A stretch of DNA of 64,000 nt from Candidatus Magasanikiibacteriota bacterium (GCA_018650645.1 JABIFP010000027.1:24379-88378), one strand, 5' to 3'; counted from the stretch's first letter, positions 1 to 8,307 are shown. Notes: generated by a model from the sequence alone, not told the origin. Program-made: numbers and translations.

Positions 1-243
1 TTAAAAGAAGAAATGGGTGTTATGCGTGAAAAATTGAAGAGTCTTGAGGCTACTATTAAAGATGGATTTTCAGGAGAATTTACACAGATGGATGATTTAA
101 AAATCGATGTAGCAAGTGACATGGAACTGCTTACGGACATTGCCATGACTCAGCTCATGAAGGGGCAAACGGTAGCAGTAACGGATGAATATGATAATGA
201 ATACGAGCCACTGTTTAAAGTGAATTTTAAGAAGGTGAAGTAG
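1..243 (+). CDS. Hypothetical protein, probably the 3' end of a gene starting before the window
   Basis: Frame is open from position 1 (LKEEMGV...) to TAG at 241-243; host-like codon usage; no motif recognised. Confidence 0.6.
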   Translation, partial: LKEEMGVMREKLKSLEATIKDGFSGEFTQMDDLKIDVASDMELLTDIAMTQLMKGQTVAVTDEYDNEYEPLFKVNFKKVK

Positions 244-251
244 AACTACTA

Positions 252-298
252 TGTCATCCTGAATAACCGCGAGCTTTGCTCGTGGCATTGAAGGATCT
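252..298 (+). repeat. REP-like GTCATCCTGA...GAAGGATCT half element with internal hairpin
   Basis: TGTCATCCTGAA (252-263), hairpin CCGCGAGC-TTT-GCTCGTGG, then GAAGGATCT (290-298). Resembles a common bacterial intergenic palindrome family; only one arm is present. Confidence 0.35.
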
Positions 299-337
299 GA
301 CTGCGTATAAAGGCCGTGCATATGCGCGGTTTTTGTA

Positions 338-366
338 TTGACAAAATCGATTTAGTATGGTACAAG
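338..366 (+). promoter_or_regulatory. Sigma70-like promoter of GC-rich orphan gene 1
   Basis: TTGACA 338-343, 17-bp spacer, TGgTACAAG (extended but imperfect -10); directly follows a hairpin/T-run at ~309-334. Confidence 0.5.
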
Positions 367-500
367 AGTGCTACACCAAGGCGGTGTAACAGTGATGCAT
401 AGCGGGCGCCATAGGTGGCGGACGTGAGCTCTACCGAGCGTACATGACTGACAATTCCTTGCTGGCCGAGACAAGCGGGGCAAGGTGAAAGGTGTGACGG

Positions 501-1364
501 ATGTCACCCGAAGAGAGTAAGAGGGAGCTCAGCCCAGGGGCTGCGTGGGTTGGATACTACCTGTATGATCGGGTTGGAAAGACCTTGGTCATCATCGCAG
601 CGGGCCTGGCGCTCCTTGTGGGTGCGTTCTGGTGCTTGCTGAAGGTGGCGACGCTCGCGGAAGACGCATGGCGGCCGATGGAGTGGCCGACTTTTCTGCA
701 GTTCATGCCGGACGTGCCGAATGGCGTTCCGGCACTCGCAGGTTTCAGCATGGTGATCATCATCATGCTTGTGACTATCATCGCGAAGCTGACTTGGGAC
801 ATTCCGGGTTACAGGCAGCAGATGCGCAGTAATCTGGTGCAGATCAGCATGCTCCGGGGTGAAAAGGGCGTGCTCAAGGAGAAGCTCAAGACTGCCTTTG
901 AGGGTTCCGTGCAGAAGACGCGCAAGCTCCGCGCAGGCGATGTCTCCGATGTCATCGGCACGTTCATGAACTTCATCGCCGACCAGGCGCTGCGGATCAA
1001 GGAGTGCCCGTCTGACGAACTGGATGCCCTGGCGAGGAGGATTCGCAAGGAGAACGCAGGGCTCCTGCATCATCTCTCGAACACGTACGGGAACATTCCC
1101 GCCTGTCGGAATTTCGAGGATTCGGAGAGGCAGCAGGCCCTGGAGAGGGCTGGGGCATACAGTCGCCACTGTACAGCCCACGAAATCAGTGAGCTGACCG
1201 CACTTGTCAATGACGGCATGCTGCGGTACTGGAAGGATGCTGCAGTGGAGGCCGGTCTCGATAAGCATCAGTTTGGTGGAGAGGAGATCTTCGGTAAGGA
1301 CTACACGGTCCCTCGCGCTCCCGCCAACTGGACCATGTTCACCGGGGGCTCCCTCATCACCTAG
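501..1364 (+). CDS. GC-rich orphan membrane protein (2 predicted TM helices plus helical domain)
   Basis: 287-aa ORF with G/C-ending codons, AAAGG upstream, hydrophobic segments at ~aa 28-50 and 78-98; followed by terminator hairpin GCCGGGC-TTCGT-GCCCGGC-AC-T8 at ~1431-1459. Confidence 0.75.
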   Translation: MSPEESKRELSPGAAWVGYYLYDRVGKTLVIIAAGLALLVGAFWCLLKVATLAEDAWRPMEWPTFLQFMPDVPNGVPALAGFSMVIIIMLVTIIAKLTWDIPGYRQQMRSNLVQISMLRGEKGVLKEKLKTAFEGSVQKTRKLRAGDVSDVIGTFMNFIADQALRIKECPSDELDALARRIRKENAGLLHHLSNTYGNIPACRNFEDSERQQALERAGAYSRHCTAHEISELTALVNDGMLRYWKDAAVEAGLDKHQFGGEEIFGKDYTVPRAPANWTMFTGGSLIT

Positions 1365-1501
1365 CAGGAACTAGCACACCCTGCGCAATTCCCACCACGT
1401 GCTCAGCTCGCTTCACTGCGGGCTGCTCAAGCCGGGCTTCGTGCCCGGCACTTTTTTTATATAAAACAAAAATCTCCTATTATGGAGATTTTTGCATATT
1501 G

Positions 1502-1574
1502 TGACCCGGGTGGGATTCGAACCCACGACCGTCGGCTTAAAAGGCCGCTGCTCTACCAACTGAGCTACCAGGTC
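1502..1574 (-). tRNA. tRNA-Lys (UUU)
   Basis: Reverse complement folds as a cloverleaf GACCTGG...CCGGGTC-A with anticodon loop CT-TTT-AA and T-loop GTTCGAATC; promoter TTGACA(1617-1612)-17-TACTAT; CCA not encoded. Confidence 0.95.
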
Positions 1575-1704
1575 ATATCTACCGCAATATAGTACATCAC
1601 TATGTGGGGAATGTCAATATAATACAGGAAAATCTGTGCATATGCAATATCCATTGCAATCAGGCGCATGTTTGCTATACTTAGGTCATTAAATATACAT
1701 CCTT

Positions 1705-2280
1705 ATGATAGATCAACCATACATGCAAACGCTAAAAGCGCACTTGCATAGCTACGCAGAACTCAGACGAGAAGTGATCACTATTTCTGGCGCTGCATTG
1801 CATGTTGCAAAGCGTGCCATCTTTTCTATGCACCGGCTTGATATGAAGGAGGCAGAGAAGAAGATTGCTGAAGCAAAAGAGGGGTTGAAACGCGTACAAA
1901 AACTTGCAAAAAAACAGCCAAAGTTACTTGGTGAAGGGTCATATAAAGCTGCGCTTGAAGAATATGTAGAAGCAGTACTTTTTATGCGGTTTATGAAAAA
2001 GAAACCTATTGGCCCAATCAAAGGCATGCCAATTTCAGAAGAAATATATATTGCGGGGCTTGGTGATGTCCCAGGCGAGTTGTATAGATATGCGATTAGA
2101 TCAGCAACAGAAGGAAATGCAGATGAAGTAAAACGCGCGCATGAGCAGGGAAGTGCCATTATTGAATCGCTTATGGAATGTGATTTAACAAAGTATTTAC
2201 GTACCAAATTTGATCAAGCAAAGAGTGCATTGCAGAAGCTAGAAATTGTCATGTACGAATTGAAAATCAGAGAGAAATAA
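1705..2280 (+). CDS. Translin/TRAX (C3PO) family protein
   Basis: 191 aa, predicted all-helical; motifs RExxI...AKRAIF.MH, EEYVEA (E86/E89), YIAGLGDVPGELYR (D121/E125) and LRTKFD match translin/Trax signatures. Confidence 0.85.
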   Translation: MIDQPYMQTLKAHLHSYAELRREVITISGAALHVAKRAIFSMHRLDMKEAEKKIAEAKEGLKRVQKLAKKQPKLLGEGSYKAALEEYVEAVLFMRFMKKKPIGPIKGMPISEEIYIAGLGDVPGELYRYAIRSATEGNADEVKRAHEQGSAIIESLMECDLTKYLRTKFDQAKSALQKLEIVMYELKIREK

Positions 2281-2329
2281 AAAAATGGCGGCCCCGAAGG
2301 ACCGCCTGGTCGGTGCCAGCACGTGTGTG

Positions 2330-2596
2330 CTAGCCAATCACGAACCCGCACACTCGTCGAGCGTGCATGACAGTTCCGCTGCCGTCGACGCGCAAATTGG
2401 CGTCGATGGCGTAGCTGACATCCCCTCGCACAGCGAGCAAGGCAAAGTGGCACTTAGGGCAATAGACCTGATCGCCGTGAAGACGGAGTCTAGTCAAACC
2501 CTCGGTTTTGCCTTTGCTTGCCAGCTTCTCTCGCGCTTGCTTCGCGAGATCAGCCAGAATGGTTGAACTGCCAGTTGTCGTTGCCTGAACGCCCAT
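2330..2596 (-). CDS. GC-rich orphan, small putative Zn-binding protein
   Basis: 88 aa with CPKC and HxxxxC; GGAGG upstream; promoter-like TGGACA...TGaTATAGT at ~2656-2628; terminator GGCGG..TTCG..CCGCC-T-run at ~2280-2307. Confidence 0.6.
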   Translation of the reverse strand: MGVQATTTGSSTILADLAKQAREKLASKGKTEGLTRLRLHGDQVYCPKCHFALLAVRGDVSYAIDANLRVDGSGTVMHARRVCGFVIG

Positions 2597-2657
2597 TAAC
2601 CCTCCCTCTGGAAATTGAGCAGCCTGACTATATCACAATTATCTGAATTTGTCCACT

Positions 2658-3995
2658 ATGATCAAGACATTAGTCAAAAAAATACTCCCAAAGTCAGTCT
2701 GGAACCTTAGGCATCTATTTTATGCTGCATATGGTGCTTTTAAGTATAAGTTTCCGTCAAAAAAACTATTTATTATTGGTGTGACAGGAACAAGTGGAAA
2801 GAGTAGTACAATATACATTTTACATCAGCTCCTAGAAAATGCTGGTTTTACAGTTGGTTCACTCTCAACAATCGAGTTTCATATTGGGCAAGACGCAAAG
2901 CTCAACGATAAAAAGATGACCATGCTTGGCCGCACAGCAATACAGAGATATTTGCGCCGCATGGTAGACGAAGGAATAGATATAGCTATTGTAGAAACAA
3001 CCTCTGAGGGGCGCGTACAGCACAGACATCGCTTTATTGAGTATGATGTCATGATGCTCACAAATTTGTATCCGGAACATATTGAATCGCATGGAAGTTT
3101 TAAGGCATACAAACAAGCAAAGGTTGATATTTTTGATTACGCAGCTTCATTAAAAAGAAAAAATCGATCAGCACTTACTACACGTGTGCAAAAAGTACTA
3201 CAGTCGCCAAAAGTTCAAAAGCAAGCAATTATATGCAAAGACGTTGATCACCACGGTCCGTTTGCAAGCGATGCTTTTGACAGCGTGAAATATTTTGGGC
3301 ACAAGCCAAGTGAATTTCAATTTACAAAAGTAGGACAAAGTGCAGAAGGATTACACTTCTCTATTAATGATACAAAAGTGCAGGCACCATTATTTGCCGC
3401 ATACAATGCACACAACATTACCGCTGCGGTTGCTGCTGCGGCATCGCTTGGCTGCAGCGAGGAGTCATTAAAAGAAGCGCTTACTACATTGAAACCTATT
3501 CCAGGAAGAATAGAGTTTATAACTGCAGCTGAGCAGTACGGGTTTAAAGCAATTGTAGATTACGCATTTGAACCAGTTGCAATCGCGGCATTGTATGAAG
3601 TGGTAAGACTCCTAAAACCCAATAAGATTATTCATGTATTCGGTTCTACTGGTGGAGGAAGAGATGTAGCCAGAAGATTTTCTGTTGGTGAATTTGTTGG
3701 TCTTAACGCAGATTACTGTATTGTTACAGATGAAGACCCATATGATGATGATCCTATGGAAATTATGAACGATGTGGCAAAGGCGCTACGTGATGTAGGG
3801 AAGAAAGAAGGAGTAGATATGATTATTGAGCCAGATAGGTCAAGAGCTATTGCTCTAGCGGTAAAAAGGGCTGCCCCTGGCGATGTTGTGCTCGTCACAG
3901 GGAAAGGTTCTGAGCAGGCAATGTTCGTAAAGGGAGAGCTTCTCCCATGGGACGATAGAGTTGAGCTTCGAAAAGCACTCAGCAGCAAAGCGTAA
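2658..3995 (+). CDS. murE: UDP-N-acetylmuramyl-tripeptide synthetase (Mur ligase)
   Basis: GVTGTSGKSST P-loop, ETTSEG, TNLYPEHIESH, PGRIE, DYAFEP, TDEDPYDDDP, GKGSEQ; start moved to ATG 2658. Confidence 0.88.
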   Translation: MIKTLVKKILPKSVWNLRHLFYAAYGAFKYKFPSKKLFIIGVTGTSGKSSTIYILHQLLENAGFTVGSLSTIEFHIGQDAKLNDKKMTMLGRTAIQRYLRRMVDEGIDIAIVETTSEGRVQHRHRFIEYDVMMLTNLYPEHIESHGSFKAYKQAKVDIFDYAASLKRKNRSALTTRVQKVLQSPKVQKQAIICKDVDHHGPFASDAFDSVKYFGHKPSEFQFTKVGQSAEGLHFSINDTKVQAPLFAAYNAHNITAAVAAAASLGCSEESLKEALTTLKPIPGRIEFITAAEQYGFKAIVDYAFEPVAIAALYEVVRLLKPNKIIHVFGSTGGGRDVARRFSVGEFVGLNADYCIVTDEDPYDDDPMEIMNDVAKALRDVGKKEGVDMIIEPDRSRAIALAVKRAAPGDVVLVTGKGSEQAMFVKGELLPWDDRVELRKALSSKA

Positions 3996-4037
3996 TCCAC
4001 CTTGATCTATAGAGATGCTGTGCTATACTAAGCGCAT

Positions 4038-4439
4038 ATGAGAGTTCAAGAACCATCACTCGTGTCACGATTTTTTTCGTCTCGACTCTTTCTTGTTGCC
4101 ACAACAGTGGTTCTTTTAATTACGTCGCTGAGTTTTGCGCGGGCATATTATAGGAACTATCAGGTACAGCAAGAAATCAGAGAGCTTAAGCAAGAGGTGA
4201 CAGCCTTAGAGGGGAAAACGCTTGAATCGATGGATATATTAGAATATGTAAAAAGCGACTCGTTTGTTGAAGAAACAGCTCGTATTGATCAGAATATGAA
4301 GCGGCCTGGTGAAAAGGTTATTGTCATAAAGGAGGTATCTGATGTACAATATGGCAACGCTGCAAGGACAGAAGTTTCTAAGCGTGGATTATTCACCAAT
4401 CCGGTAAAATGGTGGAATTATTTTACAAAACATAAATAG
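4038..4439 (+). CDS. Septum formation initiator (FtsB/DivIC family)
   Basis: N-terminal TM helix, coiled coil, then EETAR...MKRPGEKV motif. Confidence 0.8.
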   Translation: MRVQEPSLVSRFFSSRLFLVATTVVLLITSLSFARAYYRNYQVQQEIRELKQEVTALEGKTLESMDILEYVKSDSFVEETARIDQNMKRPGEKVIVIKEVSDVQYGNAARTEVSKRGLFTNPVKWWNYFTKHK

Positions 4440-4446
4440 TTGTTGT

Positions 4447-5448
4447 ATGGAAGAACAAACACCGCAAAGCGTTGAGCCAAAAGCAAAGTGCTGCAAAAAA
4501 ATGAAACCCTTGATTGGTGGAATCGTTGTTGCTGCAATTGTTGCCATTGGTGGAATGTATATGTATACACTCTCTGAGGCAAAACAATTACATGATTCTA
4601 ATTTTGTGGTGAAAGCTGCAAAAGTATTTTCAATTGATGTTGCAACAATTAATGGCGAGTCGATTGGGTATGATGAATACCTAAAGAATATTGAGATTCT
4701 GACACACGTGTATAATGCGCAAGCACAAGGTGGAGCTGCACTTCCTGAAGAAACTATTTCTGATCTTGCAATTAGTCAATCGTTTGTAGAAAAACTTACT
4801 GATGACATGCTGGATGAGTATGATTTAGAAATTACGGATGCAGATTTAAATACATATAAAGAAGAACTCGTTGCTGGGCTTGGCGGGCAAGAGGGAGCAG
4901 AAGCAGAAATCTTGGTGCGATTCAATCTTTCTTACGATGATTACATCAAGTTTGTTCTGACACCATATGCAAAAGAAGAAAAAGTAAAAGCTGCATATGC
5001 AGAGCGAGTAGATCCTGTAGCAGAAGAAGACCTACTTGCGCAGGCCGCAGAAATTAGAGAGCAAATTGCTTCAGAAGAAAAGACATTCGAAGAAATTGCT
5101 GGTGAGGTAAATGTTGATGCAACAAAAGCAAAAGGTGGAGATCTTGGGTGGTTTGGAAAGGGAACAATGGTTGCTCAATTTGAAGAAGCGGCATTCTCTC
5201 AAGACATTGGCGTTATCAGCGAACCTGTTATCACTGAATTTGGTCTTCACTTGATTAAAGTAACAGAGAAAAGAACAACCTCAACACCAGACGGAAGTGC
5301 TGAAGAAGTAAAGGCAAGTCATATTCATCTTTCACCATATGCTGACGCTGTTCCGTATGAAGAGTATAGAAGAAATATGCTTTCAGAAAGTGTGATTGAA
5401 TTAGAACTTCCAATTCATGATCCATTTGATGGAATCTTAAAACAATAA
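4447..5448 (+). CDS. PrsA/SurA-like parvulin peptidyl-prolyl isomerase
   Basis: N-terminal TM anchor; parvulin motif GGDLGWF...MVAQFEEAAF...ISEPVITEFGLHLIKV. Confidence 0.85.
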   Translation: MEEQTPQSVEPKAKCCKKMKPLIGGIVVAAIVAIGGMYMYTLSEAKQLHDSNFVVKAAKVFSIDVATINGESIGYDEYLKNIEILTHVYNAQAQGGAALPEETISDLAISQSFVEKLTDDMLDEYDLEITDADLNTYKEELVAGLGGQEGAEAEILVRFNLSYDDYIKFVLTPYAKEEKVKAAYAERVDPVAEEDLLAQAAEIREQIASEEKTFEEIAGEVNVDATKAKGGDLGWFGKGTMVAQFEEAAFSQDIGVISEPVITEFGLHLIKVTEKRTTSTPDGSAEEVKASHIHLSPYADAVPYEEYRRNMLSESVIELELPIHDPFDGILKQ

Positions 5449-5529
5449 TACAGAGTAACAGAGTACACGCGAATATACACATGCACCCGCATGTGTTTTC
5501 GCTTTTCTTTGTGGTATACTTAGCGAAGT

Positions 5530-6210
5530 ATGATCAACTTACAAGGCATTTCAAAATTTTATACACGGGACTCTGTAGGATTACACGATGTTTCACTCTC
5601 CATTGACCATGGTGAGTTTGTTTCTGTTGTGGGGCAAAGTGGTACAGGAAAAACAACGTTAGTAAAACTCCTTATTGCAGAAGAAAGACCAACGCAAGGA
5701 ACTATTTCTATTGGCGATTGGGATATCACAAAAATTTCACAGCGAGATATTCCACTGCTGCGAAGACAAATTGGGGTAATTTTTCAAGACTTTAAGCTAT
5801 TACCTGGTAAAACAGTAGAAGAAAATGTGGCATTTGCTATGCAGGTTGCTGGTGAATCAATTAAGCGAATTAGAAATGTTGTTCCAAAAGTGCTAGACAT
5901 TGTAGGCCTTGCGCATAAGTCGCATAGATATCCAACTCAGCTTTCAGGTGGAGAACAGCAACGAGTTGCAATTGCTCGTTCATTAGTACACAGACCTAAA
6001 ATTTTAGTAGCAGACGAACCGACAGGAAATCTGGATACCGTAAATTCACAAGAAATTATTGAAATTCTCAAAAAGATTAATGAGTTTGGGACAACTATTG
6101 TACTTGTTACACATGACAAAGACATTGTGAATCAATTAAGAAAGCGTGTGATTACTATTGATAACGGAAAAATAATTTCAGACGCAGATCACGCTAAATA
6201 TCGTTTGTAA
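5530..6210 (+). CDS. ftsE: Cell division ABC ATPase FtsE
   Basis: GQSGTGKTT, RRQIGVIFQDFKLL, LSGGEQQRVAIAR, ADEPTGNLD; adjacent to ftsX. Confidence 0.93.
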   Translation: MINLQGISKFYTRDSVGLHDVSLSIDHGEFVSVVGQSGTGKTTLVKLLIAEERPTQGTISIGDWDITKISQRDIPLLRRQIGVIFQDFKLLPGKTVEENVAFAMQVAGESIKRIRNVVPKVLDIVGLAHKSHRYPTQLSGGEQQRVAIARSLVHRPKILVADEPTGNLDTVNSQEIIEILKKINEFGTTIVLVTHDKDIVNQLRKRVITIDNGKIISDADHAKYRL

Positions 6211-6211
6211 T

Positions 6212-7120
6212 ATGATTTCTTTTTTCAGAGTAATAAAATTTGCATTGCAAGACATGGTACGAAACATGTCACTTTCGCTCATGACAGTAGTGATTTTGGT
6301 GTTGATGCTTCTTTCTGTAAACACCCTTGTTGTGGTAAAAACTATAACAGGAGAAGCGGTGCGAACAGTAAAAGATCAGATTGATGTCAGTTTATATTTT
6401 GCAAGTGATGTAGAGCAAGAGCAGGTTGATGAACTAACATCGTTTATTGAAAGTTTTCCGGAAGTTACTGAAATTGTCTATTTTGATTCAAACGAGGTGT
6501 TGAATGATTTTAAGTCTTCTCACCAGGAGAGAGATTATGTTATTGATGCACTAGACGAAATTGTACAAAATCCGTTTGGACCAACACTGGTTGTAAAAAC
6601 AAGAGAGCCAAACGATTATCAAAAGGTGATTGAAGCGGTATCAATTCCGGAATACGCAGATGTTATTGAAGCAAAAACATTTGGAGACACGCAAGAATAT
6701 ATTAGACGCATTGATGTGATCACACAGCAAGTAGAGGGATTTGTACTCATGCTGACAGGACTGTTTGCAGTGATTGCATTCTTCGTTATTTTCAATACTG
6801 TGCGCGTTGCGATCTATACACAAAGAGAAGAAATTGGCATTAAGAAACTTGTTGGAGCTACTAATTGGTTTGTTCGTGGTCCTTATATTGTTGAATCGAT
6901 TGTATTTTCTGCAGTAGCCGTAGCTATTACTCTTACAGCTGTGTATATGGCAGTTCAGGTGATTGATCCGTATGTTGCCGTTATGCTTGAAACTGAGGGG
7001 CTTCTGACAGCCTTTTATGACCAGAACATGATGCAGCAGGTGCTCATGCAGTTTGGTGTGGTGCTAGCCCTTACTATTACCACAAGTGGCCTTGCTATGA
7101 GGCGCTATCTGCGCCGATAG
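6212..7120 (+). CDS. ftsX: Cell division permease FtsX
   Basis: Four-TM topology with a large extracellular loop; IFNTVRVAI...REEIGIKKLVGATNWFVRGPY. Confidence 0.92.
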   Translation: MISFFRVIKFALQDMVRNMSLSLMTVVILVLMLLSVNTLVVVKTITGEAVRTVKDQIDVSLYFASDVEQEQVDELTSFIESFPEVTEIVYFDSNEVLNDFKSSHQERDYVIDALDEIVQNPFGPTLVVKTREPNDYQKVIEAVSIPEYADVIEAKTFGDTQEYIRRIDVITQQVEGFVLMLTGLFAVIAFFVIFNTVRVAIYTQREEIGIKKLVGATNWFVRGPYIVESIVFSAVAVAITLTAVYMAVQVIDPYVAVMLETEGLLTAFYDQNMMQQVLMQFGVVLALTITTSGLAMRRYLRR

Positions 7121-7136
7121 TGGGGAAGAAATAGCC

Positions 7137-7165
7137 TTGACAGTGGACGACAATTATTATATACT
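7137..7165 (+). promoter_or_regulatory. Sigma70 promoter for tRNA-Gln
   Basis: TTGACA 7137-7142, 17 bp, TATACT 7160-7165. Confidence 0.7.
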
Positions 7166-7213
7166 TTCGCACGCAGGTTGTTCTCAATCTGCGTGTTTCT
7201 TTCAAGTAAATAT

Positions 7214-7284
7214 TCGGAGATCGTCTAATGGTAGGACTCTAGGTTTTGATCCTAGCTATCGGGGTTCGAATCCCTGTCTCCGAG
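7214..7284 (+). tRNA. tRNA-Gln (UUG)
   Basis: Acceptor TCGGAGA/TCTCCGA, anticodon arm CTAGG-TTTTGAT-CCTAG, T-loop TTCGAAT. Confidence 0.95.
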
Positions 7285-7443
7285 CGAATAAAAAAGCTCT
7301 GCTTTTTTATTTGAGAGGTGCAGGAGATGAGAACCTTTAGGTTCGACCGCCTAGTGGAGCGAGTCAAGAGGGTAGTTCTATCCTTTTGTGAGCGAAGTGC
7401 CGGTGGAACGAGGGCGTAGCCCGAGTAATCCCTGTCTCCGAGC
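7269..7443 (+). repeat. Structured element bounded by a 17-bp direct repeat of the tRNA-Gln 3' end
   Basis: AATCCCTGTCTCCGAGC at 7269-7285 and 7427-7443, with several hairpins and a degenerate antisense T-arm between them. Confidence 0.8.
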
Positions 7444-7510
7444 AAGCAGTATTGATGTGATAAGAATAATCACGTATACTACTGCCAGCGCATATGCGCA
7501 ACCATACCAT

Positions 7511-7932
7511 TCGACGGTAGCTCAGTGGTAGAGCAGTTGGCTGTATCCAACATGTAAGTCGAAGTGAAAACCGTCATGTTTCCACCTTCATCGGTGGGGC
7601 AGGGCAAGCTACGACTGCAAAAATGCAGCCCTCAACAGGAATGTTGAGGTGAATAACGAGGTGAACTGCTGGAAGCCCTCTATTGATGCAAATCAATCGG
7701 GTAATCAGCAGCCAAGCCCCACGCACTTTTTCTTTATTGATGTGTGGGGAAGGTTCAGAGACTATCCCTTGCGGGAGTACTCTCCACATTTGTGGAGGGG
7801 AAGCGCCTCGCACCCGGCCGTCCCTTTCCAAGAGAAGGGTTATGACGAGGGTGATGATATAGTCCACGCTTCAGTGAGAATTGAAGATTGCGTGTAACCA
7901 ATTGGTCGCGAGTTCGAATCTCGCCCGTCGAG
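7511..7932 (+). tRNA. tRNA-Asn (GUU) interrupted by a group I intron between positions 35 and 36
   Basis: Exon 1 (7511-7544, TCGACGG...GTTGGCTGT) plus exon 2 (7895-7932, TAACCAAT...GTTCGAATC...CCGTCGA-G) join into a full cloverleaf with loop CT-GTT-AA; own promoter TTGATG(7452)-17-TATACT(7475). Confidence 0.92.
7545..7894 (+). ncRNA. Group I intron (350 nt, no homing endonuclease ORF)
   Basis: Core motifs P AACTGCTGGAA (7664), Q AATCAGCAGCC (7703), R GTTCAGAGACTA (7753), S ATGATATAGTCC (7854); P3 CGAGGTG/CGCCTCG; P7 GACTA/TAGTC; 5' exon ends in U and the intron ends in G. Confidence 0.92.
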
Positions 7933-7933
7933 C

Positions 7934-7969
7934 AAAAAAAACGAAGCCTAGGTTTGGCTTCGTTTTTTT
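7934..7969. terminator. Bidirectional intrinsic terminator after tRNA-Asn
   Basis: A-run, CGAAGCC-TAGGTTT-GGCTTCG, T-run. Confidence 0.8.
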
Positions 7970-8091
7970 GTTTTATTTCAGCCAAAAGTGAGTGGTAATT
8001 ACAGCTTGTATATGATTGCATTTCCATCTATGTATGGTTTTTGTAGGTTTTTTTATGAAAAAAAACCTTACACGAACAGTGGATAACATGA

Positions 8092-8120
8092 TTGACAGAA
8101 CTGCTTTTTTCTGATACATT
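8092..8120 (+). promoter_or_regulatory. Sigma70 promoter of GC-rich orphan gene 3
   Basis: TTGACA 8092-8097, 17 bp, TGaTACATT (extended -10) ending 8120. Confidence 0.6.
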
Positions 8121-8307
8121 AGGCCGTTAGTTTGTTTTTTATGTCGAGGATCCCCGCCTTCTTTTGGTTTATTTTAGCGTAAATAACCCGAAAGAAGGCT
8201 GTGAATTTCCTCCAGTCATTGCGGTGTCTGTTTGACAATGGCAGTAATATGCTCGACATGGGGTCGGGTGTAGAGCTGTTTGTCGGCAGATGCAAGGATG
8301 AGAGAAG

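Noticed and set aside
504-1268. 254-aa antisense ORF over orphan gene 1 (likewise 9342-9935 + and 8530-9084 -)
   Set aside because: Long shadow ORFs are expected opposite GC-rich genes; promoter, RBS and terminator signals support the other strand.
7269-7443. tRNA 3' duplications read as an intact prophage or genomic island
   Set aside because: The repeats are only 135-158 bp apart with no integrase or cargo; kept as a mini-element finding instead.
7137-7445. Short ORFs over tRNA-Gln and its trailer (also 45429-45644 over tRNA-Glu)
   Set aside because: They overlap tRNA genes and are chance frames.
7574-8027. ORFs of 82-97 aa overlapping the group I intron as a possible homing endonuclease
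   Set aside because: No LAGLIDADG, GIY-YIG or HNH motif, and they run through the ribozyme core.
8078-8086. DnaA-box-like AGTGGATAA suggesting oriC
   Set aside because: Single imperfect box, no dnaA/dnaN nearby, and gene orientation indicates a terminus.
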